From Pseudovirgaria hyperparasitica (Eukaryota): a DNA stretch of 64,000 nt. The stretch is from the NCBI GenBank assembly GCA_010093815.1, contig ML996589.1. The stretch is one strand, 5' to 3'. Of the stretch, positions 23,982 through 38,900 are shown in pieces. The stretch's first letter is position 1; each line of letters starts with the position of its first letter. Under the pieces are notes generated by a model. The model saw only the letters and a list, made by a program, of their open reading frames with translations. It was not told where the DNA came from and ran no database searches. Both the position numbers and the translations under genes were made by a program.

Positions 23982-26220
23982 ATATATTATAAGAGTATAT
24001 TTTAGGTATATAAACTAGATACTAAGTAGCTATATTAATAGTATTAACGCGTAGTAGTAGATATAATAATTATAAGTTAAGATAGTAAATACTTTAAAAA
24101 TATAAGGCTTAGAATAATAGCTAGAATAGACTAGATATAGAGAGACTAGTATAGGTTACTATTAGCTAATAGACTATCCTTAGTAGATAGCCCCCTAAAC
24201 TTAATATCTAAAAATACTACTCTATATATATTATATATAACTTTAGTTTAACTTAACTATTAGTAACTTAATTCTACCCTAGAATTAAATTAGACTAAAG
24301 ATCTAACCCTTAGTAAGAGGCCTTAGTTGAACTAGACTAAGTCAATTCTAGAGAGGCAGAATTGAAGTTGGACTGATTGATAGGAACTCTGGGTAGACTC
24401 CTTCATTTCTTCCGTCCGTAGTCGATTCCATATCTGGAATAGCAAACTCTGCGGCGAGATAGTTTCTCCAGCTAGTATTGCTTCCAGGTCTGCAAGAATG
24501 ATCCTCCAGGAAACAAGGTCAACAACGAGATGGTGCGTAATGAGTAGTAAGTAGAGCTCCGCCCCAGTGCCCACTTAGTAAAGATCGGCAGAGAACACAA
24601 GGCCACGGTTTACAAGAAGCTGCTGCTGCCGTAAAGCCGCGAAAGGCGCAAGATCGGCATATGACTCCAACATCGACGTTTCGAACCGATGGTTTGAGGC
24701 ACTTGGTTGCGGAATGATTTGCATCCGTTTGGAATCAGTTTCCTTATAGAAACATGCACGGAGCATGGAATGCGTTTCCACAATTTTCGCGATAGTAGCA
24801 CGTATGGTCCCGACAGAGACTGCTTTGTTCATACGAAGATAAAAAGACTGGTTGCAACGGTAACCGGATTCGTCAATTGAGTGTTGACCGAGCTGGTTGA
24901 AGAACCATTGCTGCATTGAAGACGGAGCAAATGGTGCGTTAAAATCTTCGCTAAAGGTGGCTGCCGAGTCCGTAGCCACGGGAGACTTCAGTGCGACCTC
25001 GACCAAGGACTTGCTTTTTAGTAAGTTTGCGACAGTGACATTAATGTCTGCGGAACATTGGGCACTCAGCCGCATCGCTGAAATAGAGTCACCTCCATTA
25101 GCTACAAACGATCGTGCAAGGTTGATATCGGAGGCCGAGACGTTGAGGACAACAGAGCATGCGTGTTTAAGGAGTCTCTCTGCTTCGGTGACTGGATGCC
25201 GCAGAACAGCATTGCGATCAATATCGGTCACAAGGTTATACGTCTGCGGATCCATTCTGGATATCCAGTAATCTAGCTGTCTGCGACTGGTCTTCCCAGA
25301 TGAATCAAGAGGAATGCCCTTAAGCACAATCCAGATAGTCGGGATCATGTAAGAAGGTAAAATATTCCCGAGATAGCCCTCTAGCTCCACTAGATCATCT
25401 TTCACACTAGTCGTGAGCCGCTCTAGACTTATCTTATCATGCGGTGTTGTTGGTGAGTCGGAGTCTATAAAAGTGATACTAGTAGCCAGGGTCGATGAGG
25501 CGGAGGCACTGAAAGCATTTTTTACGACTATTGAATCTACTTCGTTGGTATATCTAACACTAATCAGGCCCACCAACCTATTGGCGCAAAGACTAGTCTT
25601 GGGTAGTAAGCATGCGGATTGTCGGACTTGACGAAATTGTGCAATATGGTTTTCAATATCGCCAAGCTCGACACGTTGGCCGTGAATTTTTACCTGCGCG
25701 TCCTTTCGACCAATGAACGTAAGTGATCCGTCCTTATTATAAGTAACCAAATCGCCCGTTCTATATAGACGGCCTTTTCGGCCAGTGCGATCTAACGCAC
25801 TATGAAGCAGCTAAGGGGGGTCCTCGATAAATGCGGAGAAGATGCTAGTGGGGGAATTAAGATACCCGGATCCTACCAAAGGCCCTTCGAGTACCAATTC
25901 GCCGATGCTACGTATTGGCACAAGCGATTGACCTGAGGCCGAGTCCACAATCCACGTGTTGACGCCGAGACCTATCCTGATTGTCGTCATGTCGCCGCCT
26001 GGACGAATGTCTGCCACAGTCGCGGTTGGTGTACATTCGCAAGGACCATACGAGTTCTTTAGCGTGACCAGCGAAGCCCACACCTTGGCTTGCTCTTCAG
26101 ACAAGCGCTCACCACCAAGGATAAGGGTGTCAAGAGATTGTATAGTCTTCTGCGGCAAAAGCGAGGCCGTAGAAGAGGTTAATTTAACGTGCGTCACACG
26201 GAAGCGACGGAGAGACCCGG

Positions 26221-26300
26221 CTGTTATCTGATCAGCAGAGCTCATGCACAAGAATGTTAACGCAGATATATAGCATCTTCGAATGTCCTCAAGAGCTTAC
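26221..26300 (-). other. Spliceosomal intron (80 bp) in NRPS A3
   Basis: GTAAGC...GCTGAT...CAG; removal restores DDLAGSLR. Confidence 0.85.
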
Positions 26301-26853
26301 CTAGGTCGTCACGCCGTTCTGCATCTGTGGGGATACATAAACAAGCCCCGCACTCCAAGGCCCCAAGCACATTTGACCAGGACACATCAAATGCATATGA
26401 TGCAAAATCATAGATGCGCGCGCCCGGTCCGAGGTTATGAGCACCATTTTGGTATCGTAGGGCACTGCTGAAATTTGAATGGCTGATTCTAACTCCCTTT
26501 GGCGTGCCAGTGCTGCCGGAAGTGAAGACAATGTAAAGCGTCTGAGACGGTTGCACTTCTAGAAGAAGTTGCAATGTCTGCTTATCAAACAACGGTCGGA
26601 GTGTGTCGTTGACAACGATGACCGCCTTCTCCTCGTATAATCGACTAGAAAGGTGCCTGTTGGTAAATGAAGACAGAATGATCGATGGCTCGATCTGCTG
26701 TACAATCTTGTACAGGCGATCTTGTGGGAGGGCGGGATCCAATGTCACGCAAGTGCCACCTGCTTTCATCACAGCGAGTATCGCAATAGGCGTCCACTTC
26801 GACTTCTCAAAGCATAGAGGAACAACAGTCTCGCAGCCGACTCCGAGATGCAC

Positions 26854-26939
26854 CTAGAAGCATGAGGGTATTAGTGATATTGATGTCTGGATGCAAGATG
26901 CACTGGAACCCTGAGGTACAAAGTGTAGTAATGACTTAC
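26854..26939 (-). other. Spliceosomal intron (86 bp) in NRPS A3
   Basis: GTAAGT...CTAAT...TAG; removal restores LAHHL-VHLGV. Confidence 0.85.
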
Positions 26940-27523
26940 CAGATGATGCGCCAGGCGAGTAGACATATCGTGCACTTCCGTATACGTCCACATACCGTCC
27001 CAAGCGTGGATCGCTGTAGCATGACGTTGTTTTCGACATGTATCAGCGATGAGATCGTGGACTAGAGCCTCTATTGTTGTCGGCACCTTTGCATTCCAGG
27101 TCCAAATAATATCGAGCTCCATCTTGCTGATCACCTCAATCTCCGCGATTCGTTTTGTGCTGTTTGAAGAGTCGCACAACTGGCGCAAAATGTGCTTAAA
27201 CTGGTCTGCCATGTTTGAAACACGGCTGCTGCCGATGACTTCGTCGTCATACTCAAATCTAAGCTTTAGACTATGCTCCTCCAATTCACACTCTACTATT
27301 AAGGCGTAAGATGCGAAGTCTTTAGAGGTAATTTCTTCCGCATCGTCGTTATCGTGAGCAACAAATAACAAGCTCGCTGGATCCTTTGTCTCCTCGAGAG
27401 GATTGATAAGTAGTAACAATTGGAAGTTGCATGCCTGCCTGCATTCATTGTTGATTCTTGAAATGTTCTATAGACCCTTTTGTTCGTATAGAATCATTTC
27501 AGTCATCTCTCTTTAGACCTAAT

Positions 27524-30500
27524 TATTATAAGAGAAACGTAGACGTAATTAAGGTCATTAAATATATTCTATAAGTTACATAGAGAACTAAGTTCTAGAG
27601 GACAGAGTCGAAGCTATTCAACCGTTTAGATACTAGTCCCGTTTAGAAAGTAGTATCTCTTACTTAAAGTACCTTCTAATAACACTCCCCTATACTAAGT
27701 ATATATATATATATATTTAGTAATATTAGAATAAAGGAAAGCTTAAAGTAAGTAATAGTAAGAGATAGTACTAAAGAATAAAGGAAAGAGGGGTACTAGA
27801 GAAATAACTCTACTATAAACTAATTATTACCTTTATTTAATCTAGTAGTAGTAGAGGTAGTTCTTTTATTTCTATATTAGTAATATTATTATAACTTATA
27901 ATATACTAGATAGATATAACTCTATTAGTAAATAATTTATAGACTATATAATAATATATAGCTATATATTTAGACTATACTATAATTTATTAGTTTTAGA
28001 TAAGAGCTATAATAGCTTAATTATCTATAAGAAGATAGAGAACTAGAATATTATAACTTATAAAGATCTCTTTTATATCTAGTAGGGCCTACTATAAGTA
28101 ACTTATAGTCTTTAAGTAGACTATATACTCTACTTTATAGATCGACTTAGTAATATATAATTATCTTTTACTATTCTAGGCTATAGAGCTTCTATTTAAT
28201 TAAAATATATATATAGAGATAGACTTTATAGTATTAGGGTCTAAACCCTAGGAAGTATCTAAGAATATATTAATTTCTATAGTATCTTTTAACTTCTTTA
28301 GTATAAGGTATTAATTAATAGTCTACTTAAGATAGTATAATATACTAAAGGTAATCTATATATATTATACTAACGGATTTATATTAAATATAGTATATAT
28401 ATCTACTATAAAAGTAAGATCTAGATACGTACTAGTAGTAAGGTAATTAAGTAACCCAATTAATTATATATATATAAGCTACTATTCTTAATTAATAATT
28501 TCTTCTAATTATATTAGAAAGGTATTTATATTAACTAGAGTCTTTCTACTATTATAGTCTATTATACTAAACCTCTTTAGAATATATTAAGAGTAAGCCC
28601 TCTAAGAGAGCTTAATTTTACCTTCTTATAATTAATTAATTTTAATACCTAGAATTAGGCGAGCTTCTCTAAGGTCCTTATATTTTATATAATTTATAAC
28701 CTTATATTTAAATTATTATATATATAAGCTCTCCTCTATAAGTAGAAGGTTATTAATATATATAGTAATAATAATATATCTAATAAAGATATATAGATTA
28801 AACTATAACTATTAAAATTAAAGAGACTAGAGAAGGTTATATAAGGTATAAAACCATTTCTAACTAGACTATTTTAATCTATAAATTACCTTTTATAGCT
28901 TAAGAATCTTACCTAGCTTTTCGAAGCCTAGTAGGTATCTTATATAGTTATTTTTAGATAGACTACTATTTAGATAGATAGTATTAAAGTTAATCTAGTA
29001 AATATACTTATTAAATTATATAGTCTATTAGAGTATAATATAGAGAGAATTATACTTAATAATAGATATAAAAGTTTTATTATAATTAAGACCGTGTTTC
29101 TATATAAAGCTCTATATAATAAGGTATATCTTATAAACTTTAGTATTATCTATAGTAGTCTTAATATTAAATACCTATCTAGAACTAACTATTATAGAGA
29201 TATTTATAGTAAGTAGAGCTTCTTACTATAATTAGTTAATCTTATAACTTCTTAGCTCTCTCTTAATAGCTATTTACTACTAATACTAGTTAGAAGAATT
29301 TCTAGTCTCTTTTAGATTTAAAGGAATATCTATATTTAAGATAGTATTAACTAATAGAGTATAGATTATTTCCTTCTCTTCTATATCTATAAAATTTATA
29401 GAGTTATTAAAATAAATTATATATTTATATTTCTTTCTAAAATAAGATATATTAGAAGATAATCTTAATAGATATAGATTTTTATAAGGTAGGTTATAGC
29501 TAGAGAAAGATTTAAATTTTAGTTAATTAGCTCTAGGTATAGTAGAAGGCATCCTACTATAAGAAAGGGTAGATAATCTTTATTAGAGTATCTAAGTAAG
29601 ACTTATTATATTATCTATATAGGGCTAGAGGTCCTATATATTTTAGACTACGACTAGTATATTATAAGACTAGGGTGGCCTACGACCGGCAGACTGCGTA
29701 CAGTCCTAATTTAAGGCACTAAGGCACTAAGGCACGCCGGAAAATCCACGGCTAAGACATGCGAATTTTCAACTCTCAAACCTGCCACCAAACGCGACAC
29801 TAGAGACTTATAAACCTATCTCGTCCGTGAGTATAGCCCTATAGAGGGTAAAAAGTATATGAAAATACTCGTCGTAGGCAGGGCTATAAAACTAGGGACT
29901 AGATTTTTAAATTAGGCCCTAGTTAATTTAATATGTGGCAAAAGGTGGTTTTTTATCGTGGTTTTAGTAAGGGCGCTAGCGGGCGCTAGACAAAACATTA
30001 TATCTTTTTATAATTCCTTTGGAATACTTCTCTATTATCCGACTCTTCTTTAGAGCTATCTCTTTCTATAATAATTAAGGAAAGAGATTACTATAGAAGT
30101 AGTCTTAGATTAAAGGGTATAAAAGTAATATCTTATAACTTAATAATAACCTTATAGTTAGGAATATAGTACTTATAGATTTTATCTAACTTACTATAGC
30201 TAACTAGAATACCCTTCTCTAATCTATAAAGAAGCTTACTATCTAGCTTTTATACTTCTTTTAGAATATATATATAGTAGATAACTCTAAATAGATATAA
30301 GTTTTAGATAGAAGGCTTCTTACTAAAGAGAGTATAATATAGTATATTAACTATTAGAAGAGAGGTATATAGTATAATATTCTTAATAAACGTTATTATA
30401 TAAATTACTTTAGCCTAGAATTTTAACTTAGTATTAGAAGAGAGAATAGATTTTACTAATATTTAAACTATATAGTTAAACCTTTTAGCTATTTCGTTTA

Positions 30501-32969
30501 ACTTATAAGAGTAGATAGAAGAGATAATATATATAGTATCTATCTTATAAAAGAAGTCTTAAAGACTTTTAGTAATATATTTACTATCTTAGTTAGATAT
30601 AAATTCTTTAATAGCTATATTAAACTACTTCTTAATATATATAAAGGATTATATAATAACTTTAGAAGCTTTAGACTTATACTTTATAAAATAGATCTAT
30701 ATAAAATAAGTTAATTCTTTAATAGAGGAGATATAGTACTATAATCTGTTTAGAGACTTATATAGTATTTTACTAGAGAGATTATTATAAACTCTACTAA
30801 ACTATATCTTATATTACCTATTTAAGCTTAAAGACTTCTTATATATAGATTTAGATATACTATAACTCTTATAGTAGAAGTTACTTAGCTACTTAGAAAT
30901 TATATTAAAATCTTTATAAAGTCTTTTAGAATTTATAATATAATAATAATCTATAGTATAATAGAATTCTTTATATAATATAAAATATACTATAGTATAT
31001 AATAGAAGCGGAGAAGATATATAGCGTAGATGAATCTTTATAAGGCCCTTATAGAATTTTACCTATATTACTTTAGATTTATAGTAGTTATATAAGAAGA
31101 GATTATTCTCTTTTACTCTTAAACTATACCCTTAATTTCTAATATAGAACTAGAAGAAAAGATATATAGAATTTAGTTACTTACTAAAGAGAATATTAGT
31201 AAGTTTAATCTTTTTTATAGAACTATCTAAGAGAATATAATCTAGGAAAACTATTCTAATACTATTAATAGAAATCTTCTAATAATTTATAATTAATATA
31301 TTACTAGAGGTACGCGGCTCTAGTAAGGTAAAGTTATCTATATAATCTAATATATACTATAATATACCTAAATTAAAGATCTAGTTATATATATCTATAA
31401 TTATATTAGAATTTATAAGAAGTCTAATAGCCTTAATACTTAGATCTAAAAATATTACTAAAATAAGAGACTAACTTACTACTTAAGATCGCTTACTATT
31501 TATATTATCTATAGTTATAAAGAAACTAACGACGTTATTATTAGAGTTAGAGTTAGATTTAGAATCTAAAATTTTAATAACTTTAGCTTTATTAGCCTTT
31601 TACTACTTACTTAAGAAGTTCTTTTTAGAAGAAAACTTCTTATCTAACTTACTTTTAGACTTATTATTATCTTTAGAAGTCTTAAGCTTATAGTAGTTCT
31701 AATACTTATAGCCTTTAGAATAGAAGCTACGTTTCTTATACTAGATATATTTAATATTAGAGATAGAAGTAGAGATAGAGAAGGAGTTAGACTTCTTTAA
31801 CTTAGAAGACTAACTAGACTTACCCTTATAGCTTATCTTATAGCTAGTAGTATTAGATTTAATACTATATTTCTTAGCTAGGTTAAGTATCTTTAGCTTA
31901 ATATCTTAAAATTATAATATATCTTAAGTTAATAAATTATTAATAATATAGTCTATAGTATTAGATTAGGAGATAAGAAAGAATAAGCCCTTAACCTCTT
32001 TAGACTTAAAGATTAGATATATTACTTTTATAACTATATAAGATAAAGTAGTATATCTTTTTACTATTTATATCTAGATATAATAGAAATTATTAATATA
32101 CTTATAGATATCTTCTCTATCTTTATAGTAGAGATTAGTAAGTAATCTAAATAAATATATTAAGAAGTTATCTATATTATAATTAAATTATAATAATAGA
32201 TATATCTAGATAGTAGCTACTATATTATAGAATATAAGACCTATAATAAGATCTTAGTATATTAACGAAAGTAATATAATTATTACTTTATTATTCTTTA
32301 TATTCTAATCTATTATATCTATATATAGATCTATAACTTCTATACTAAAAGGTCTAATAGCTCTACTAGAAACTTCTATCTATAATTATATATACTTAAA
32401 TACTATAGTCTATACTAATCTCTATTTAGGAAAATTCTCTTCTCTTAAAGATAGCTTAGAGAGAGAGAAAGAATCGAGTTTAAAGTTAATAGATATAATA
32501 ATTATTATTAATAAATTTCTTAAGTTCCTTCTCTTTCTTTATATAGAACTAATAGTTTTCTAGCTCTAACTCTTTCTTCTTTATTACTTATTTATAAGGA
32601 AGATAGTAAGAGTAAAAGAGATAGAAGAATAGTATAGATAGTAGAGGTTAATTATAGATAGAAGGAGTTAATAAAATAGAAGTAGATTAATAAAGTTAAT
32701 AAAAAACTAAGGTTTTAGAAGTAAGGTTAATTTTTATTAAAATAAGAAGGTTTTTATTAATAATAAGATAGTATTAAGCTTTTATAGTAAAATACCGGGC
32801 TTATAACCTATTATAAGAGAAATATAGACGTGATTAAGGTTATTAAATATATTCTATAAGTTATATAGAGAACTAAGTTCTAGGAGATAGAGTCGAAGCT
32901 ATTTAACCGTTTAGACACTAGTCCCGTTTAGGAAGCAGTGTCTCTCACTCAAAGTACCTTCCGACAACA
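27524..32969 (-). mobile_element. Ty1/copia LTR retrotransposon, complete, heavily RIPed, inserted in NRPS C2
   Basis: 161-bp LTRs at 27524-27684 and 32809-32969; 5-bp TSD CTAAT; ggttataagccc after the 5' LTR; PPT ggggag. De-RIPed integrase (TDQGGEY, NGxAERxNRT), RT (YKARLVA, YVDD, LIGSLNYL..TRPD) and RNase H (SKHIAxRYH). Confidence 0.93.
29581..30002. mobile_element. Probable solo LTR (422 bp) in the copia IN-RT linker
   Basis: GC-richer island flanked by the 4-bp direct repeat TCTT (29577-80, 30003-06). Ends tatta...cattata are consistent with RIPed TG...CA. Confidence 0.55.
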
Positions 32970-35900
32970 CTAATCCAGGTATACTTTAACGGACTAGTCC
33001 CAGTCAAAGATCATTCGTACGGGCAGAGTTTCGAGAGTGGGACCTGTCATCTCATTAATCTAATGAACTACTGCCTAGCGACCACTCATCGTTACGCCGA
33101 AGACCACGTCACTCGAGTTCGTGAGGCGAGCTGTGAGTATCGCCCACGAGGAGCGGATTGCTGTAGCAGCGGTGATACTCGACCGAGACCATGTGATATC
33201 TTGGAGATGATGAATGACATACGACTCCGCTCTTGGTTCATACATTGCTGAAGGTAATGGTGGAAACAACTGCGCTTCTAATCCAGCAAATCTTGCTTGC
33301 CAGAAGCTGTTAGAATCTTCCTTTTCGAGGCTAAGAATGTGTTTGACGAAGCGGTTAAAGGCAGGAGCAGGCTGCAGAGCAGAAGTATCGTGGTAAGCCT
33401 AATTTAGCCTGTCCATGATGAGCCTCATTGATGATCCATCGTAGAGTGCGTGATGGATTGTCCATGCGAAGCGGTGTGTGTCGTTCTCGGAGATGATGGC
33501 GCATCGTACGAGTGGCTTGCCCAGACCAATTCCTTCGTTTTTGTGGACTTCTTGATACTCGCTAACACTAGTGTAATGAGACCGTTGAACATTGTCATCA
33601 ATAATGACCTGTACAAGTCCCTGATCCGCAAGGTCCACGATCCTGGAACGCAGAGTTGGAGTCGTTCTCAGCACTTCCTCCCACGCGCGTTGAAATTGTG
33701 CGAGGTCAACTAAGGGTCGTAAGGGCAGGATATACTGAGCAGTATAGTCGCCAGATCTTTTTGCCGTGAGCGCTAGAAGACCTTCCTGCAGCGGAGTGCA
33801 CGGAAAGATGTCTTGGATTTGAGCAAGGTCGACTTGACACAGTTTTGCGGTTTGTTCCAACAGCTTTACTGAATCTTTTGTGGTATTAAGCAGTGAGAAT
33901 GGAGGTATCTCGTCCTCCTCGAGACCGGAGACCTGGCCTGTCGAATTTGCCATGTCCTGAAGTATCGGCCGCTTGAAGATGCTTTTGACGGTTAAATGAA
34001 GCCCTTCCTTACGAGCCAGGCCCACTAGTTTCATGGCTCTGATTGAATCTCCTCCGATTTCGAAGAAATTGTGATCTATTCTAATGGTGCCTGACGTCTT
34101 GACACTGAGCACTTGAGCCCAGAGGCTTCGCAATTGCTGCTCTGTATCTGTACAGGGCTGTTGGGGTCCGCTAGTACCAGAACTAAGTGACATAATCTGC
34201 TCGAATGTTAGATCTTTCCTAATTTCACGGAGCCGGCGACGATGAACTTTTCCCGTAGTCGTTATAGGCAACTCCTTCAGCATCAGGTAGGCAGATGGAA
34301 TCATATGAACAGGGACCTGCGCCGCTAGTCTCCCATTCACACCGGCGAGGATGCTGGTACCCTGTCCAGTAAGGTCGCGCGCACTGTTGTCAGCGTGTCG
34401 CTCATTGACAACATGAACGAAGACTATGAGGATCGATGTATCGCTTTGGAATGGTGTGAGTATCTCAGCGAACACCTGGACTTGAATATCGGCAATGGTA
34501 ATGCTGTTTCGAACATGATACTCGACGTCACCGAGCTCTACTCTCTGCCCATTGATCTTGACTTGAGCATTATTGCGACCAACGAAGGCCATGGTCCCAT
34601 CAGGCTCATATCTTACTAGGTCCCCAGTCTTATACAATCGACCACAACGACCAGGGTGACCTGCAGCGCCAGATGAGGCGTCGTGCGGCATCCCACGGAT
34701 AAGCCAAGGAGGATTTTCAATGAAAGCTTCCTGTGTTCTTGACGCATCTCCAAGGTAACCGGCCCCGATAAGAGGACCCTCTAGTAGAACCTCTCCAACA
34801 GCACCGATCGGTATAAGCTTGTCGTGGTTGGTAGGCTGCACGATCCAAGTGTTCAATCCGAATCCGCGTCCGATGTTGCCAACTTGTGCTTTATTCTCGC
34901 CGATTTTTGCCAAAGTTGCCTTGACACTGCATTTAGCAGGACCGTAGGTATTGAGAACAGTCGCTCGTTCAGCCCACTGAGCGCCAATATGTGTAGGCAG
35001 GACTTCACCACTGAACAATATGTGGTTTAGGCCAGGGAGGTCATCCGGCTGTATAGTGCTTGTGACAGAAGGTGTTAGATCGACAAATTTCGCTTTGTAC
35101 TTCAAGAAGGAGCTGGCTAGATTGTCCATCGCTTCGGTTTCAGATGGGATGCACAGGCATCCACCACTAGTCATTATATGTAAGAAATTCGACCAAGTGA
35201 CGTCGAAGGCATACTTGACGAAGTCGTACACCCGCGAAGTGCTCTTGAACCCCATGTAAGTCTGCTGATGTTGAATAGCACTGCTGAAGTTAGAGTGTGT
35301 GATGATGACACCTTTGGGCACTCCAGTACTACCAGATGTGAACACAATATACAGCTGATCCGAAGGGTCTACATCTGGCATCTCGACTGCCGGCTCTACC
35401 AGTTCGCTGAGATGCACATCGCTTATGACTACCATGGGCTTGTCCGTGAGCTGCTTGGACAGTTCAGTCTGCGCAACAGACACTAATACCAACAGAGGGT
35501 CCACCTGTTGTACGATACTGCGCAGACGCTCTCTGGGAAGAGTGCAGTCTATTGCTAATGACGCTGCACCTGCCTTCATCACCGCAAGCATCGATACTGG
35601 CATCCATTTTGACTTCTCAAAAAAGAGAGGGACAACGGCCTTAGGTCCCACACCAAGGCTGACCAGATTCCGAGCAAGTTTGTGGGCAACAGCTTCAAGC
35701 TCGCCGTAAGTGAGATCACCATCCCATGCGCATATGGCAGGCGCGCTCGGGTTCCGGCTGGCTAAATCTACAATAGCATGGTGTACCAACTTGTCGACAG
35801 TTTCTGGGACTACCTTGTTCCAGTTCCAGACATCTCGCAAATCATCTATACTAGCAGACTGTGCTGCCGTAAGTTTCGATAGGGTCCCGTGTGTGTCCAT

Positions 35901-38900
35901 AGGAGGTCCAACAGTTTCAGTGGCTAGTGAGATGATAGTCGACTCTAAGAACGAAATAACTCGGCGTGCTTGCTCGGAGTCCATGCAAGCTTGACGATAT
36001 TCTGCAGTCACGCGGATGGCCATTCTTGACTGATTGATGTTGATAGTGATATCGTATTCGGTTGGATCACGCCAATCAACTTCGATAAAATGTATCCCCT
36101 GGCGCACTGGATATTACTCATCCACGCAATCTTCATCTTTCTAGAAGGACATGATGGTATTAAACAGTGATGACAGCCTAAGCTCGTGTAGGATTCCTGC
36201 GACGGAGCAGTGCTGAAATGCTATATCTTCCATGACTTGCTTATAGACATAGTGCACCAAGCCCCTCTCATCCTGTTTGTCAAGGTCTGCACGGCAGATT
36301 ATCATATTCGCATAGGCACCGATGGACTAATCGATGCCTTTAACAGGCAGTTGACGCCCAGAGGCCAGATATCCGAAACAGACACTGTTAGAAGCGACAT
36401 AAGCTGATAGCACCAAAGCCTAGGCGCTTTGGAAGAAACTGGCCAGCGTAACGGCTTGCGATTTGCAAAACCGCTCAACAAGCTTGAGTGTTTCCGCACT
36501 GATTTCAAGGCATGTGACACCATTCGGCTGAGAGCTTGTAGCCGGTGTGCGGCCCCTAAGATGAGGAAATGCACAAGATTCCACATTCGATAGCTTTGCC
36601 TTCCAGTACGTCGTCCTCTCGATGCCTGAACAGGCTATCAAAGCCAACGCGAAATCTCGATTGACATCTCGAAGTTCCCGAACATCAAGACTTCCTGAAT
36701 ATACTTGCACCTAGTCCTTTATAGTGATAGTAGTCGAGGCGCCATCGCATATGGCATGACTAATTTCAACCTGGCATAGGATGTGCGGCTAACCGGAGAT
36801 AGTACAGAGTGTGAGTCGATGCGGAGGTCGAGGTTGAGTATAGTCGACCCTCGGCAGATGCTTCATTGTATCGAGCGCTCCTTCGTAGCTCTCACTTTCC
36901 ACAAGGAGGACGTTGCCACGATGCGAACATAGAACAACAGAGTTGAAGGCGCTTTTAGTGGTGTCCATGCTTTCAATGAAAACTGTTCGCAATGCTGAAT
37001 GGCGTGCGATCAATACCTGCTAGGCGTCGACGAGCCTACTGATCTCTATGTGATTTGATTCGCGTGGTACGATCTACCAGGTCTAAGAAGTCTCGTACGA
37101 CCCTGTACCTTTTGTTTAACTTAGTAGGATGCCATCGACTATCGGAAGGCATGGTAGGACGTCCTCAATGTGAGAGTCATTGACTAGCTCGAGGTGCGGT
37201 AAAGTTATATTCAGCAATTTGTCAAGCCCGCGATAATCAAGGCTCAGGAACTGAAAATCACATAAAGTGCGTGACGTAGTTCTTCCACGCAATTCATTGC
37301 AAAGAACTTGCAGTGATGGTACGATCTATGCGGTCCAAGCCAGAATCGAATCTTGATGGTCGATGTGACGGTTCCAAGCGAAACAAAACTTGGCCACCCC
37401 AGCCTCAATGACAACATTAATGTCAAATAGGACGGAAGTTGGCATGTGCGGACTTGCTGCGGAGACGGCGTCATCAAGATTTATGGAACTGAAGAGTGAG
37501 TTTGTTCGCTCGAGCTGTTGAAACTGGCCGAGATAGTTGAATTGGACCTCCATGGGAGAACTGTGTGGTTGGAAGGCTCTTATGCCATCGGGGTTCAAGA
37601 ACCTTGAGACCCAGTATGCCAGTCCATTGGTCGGCAGGCTTCTTCGAGCGTCTTTGACTAGTCTTACTGTATGCAAGACGTTATCGTCTGTATTTCGATC
37701 CACATGTAAAGGACTGAGCGTTGTAAACCAGCCCACAGTTCGAGATAGATCGATAGCTACGTCCATTAGTGGTTCGCGGCCGTGCCCTTCGTTAAAGATG
37801 GTGAGCCCGGCCCGTTCAGGAAATGACTGGAAGAAAGCGTTCTACACCGTAGATAAAATGATGTCTATAGGTTTAGAATTAAACGCAGTGTTGGAATCCC
37901 TAAGTAGTAGTGATGTAGTGGTAAAATCCGCTTTAAAAGTCTTCATGATATGGTCGTGAGTATTGTTAGGAGTCTGCTCGTTGAAGTTCCAAAAATCTAG
38001 GTTATTATATACCTTGCTACGCGAGAGGACATTCTCCGGTGAAAATCTTAATGATCATGCTTCTTCGGCTTGCAGCTGCGTCCAAATCTGGAATGGAGTG
38101 CTGGGCATAAGTTCTTTGTCTAACAACAAGGTTTCCAGGTCGTCTAGTATAATCCGCCAGGAGACTAGGTTAACCACCAGATGATGGGCGACCAGAATGA
38201 GATATTGAACGTTTTCAGTGGTTAGGTGGTATACTGCTGCTGTAAAGACTAGGGCCCGCTTAAAGTTCAGGCTTCGATGGAGCTCTCTAGCATTCGATTT
38301 GATCTGATATAAGCTCTAAGCATCTATAAATTTAAAACTAACCATAGCTTCTTCTACCCGAAGAACGCTTTGCGTCCAGCCACCCTTAGATGCCGTGAAG
38401 CGTGCACGAAGCATGGAATGGTGTTGAACAAGTTTGCGCATAGCGATAGAGAGTCTGTCAGGAGACATAAAGCGACTTATCTTGACATAGAAGCCTTGGT
38501 TGTAGTAATGTCTTTCGTCGAGATGTTCCTCACGCGGCGCTTGATTAAAGAACCACCTCTGAATTAGCGCTAGATTGAATGCCTCGTTAAAAACTTCGGT
38601 ATATCTCAAGAGAGGTATTGCGGCATCCATCGAGGCAGGTTCTGCCACAATCCTTAGGGACTTGCACTTCAGTAGGCTAGGGACTGAGAGTGTCAGGCCT
38701 AAAGTACGGCAGTAAGACGACAGACGCATTGCTGAAATTGAATCCCCGCCATTTGCAAACATATGAGCGCTCTATATCAATCTCGGCCGGCGATGAGTTC
38801 AGAATATCACTGCAGGCGTTGCGTAGGACAAGTTGTTTGCGTGTCTTAGGCCCGACAGTCGTGGAAGGATGACGCGTATTGTTAATTTCGGCAACACTTT

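Larger units (their letters stand above)
5527..24375 (-). mobile_element. hAT DNA transposon 1 (segments 5527-6886, 12201-12570, 23986-24375), interrupted by LINE-B and gypsy copy 1, inserted in the NRPS; other end not in window
   Basis: De-RIPed minus-strand motifs IHIxFDGW, KIGYFVLDxASNN, LxCxxHTLNLxxQSLLFGKD and PVKTRWNS at 5780-6400. Terminus CAGTCCAACTTCAATTC at 24375 abuts NRPS coding sequence. Confidence 0.8.
24376..27523 (-). pseudogene. NRPS segment: end of C2, A3, T3 and start of E2
   Basis: ORF-track pieces 26871-27419, 26257-26853, 25811-26251, 24575-25750 and 24332-24574 join through two introns and RIP-type stops. Confidence 0.9.

Noticed and set aside
33399..36107. 902-aa ORF as a standalone functional NRPS
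   Set aside because: It starts inside C1 and ends at a CAG>TAG-type stop within C2; it is a fragment of the larger pseudogene.
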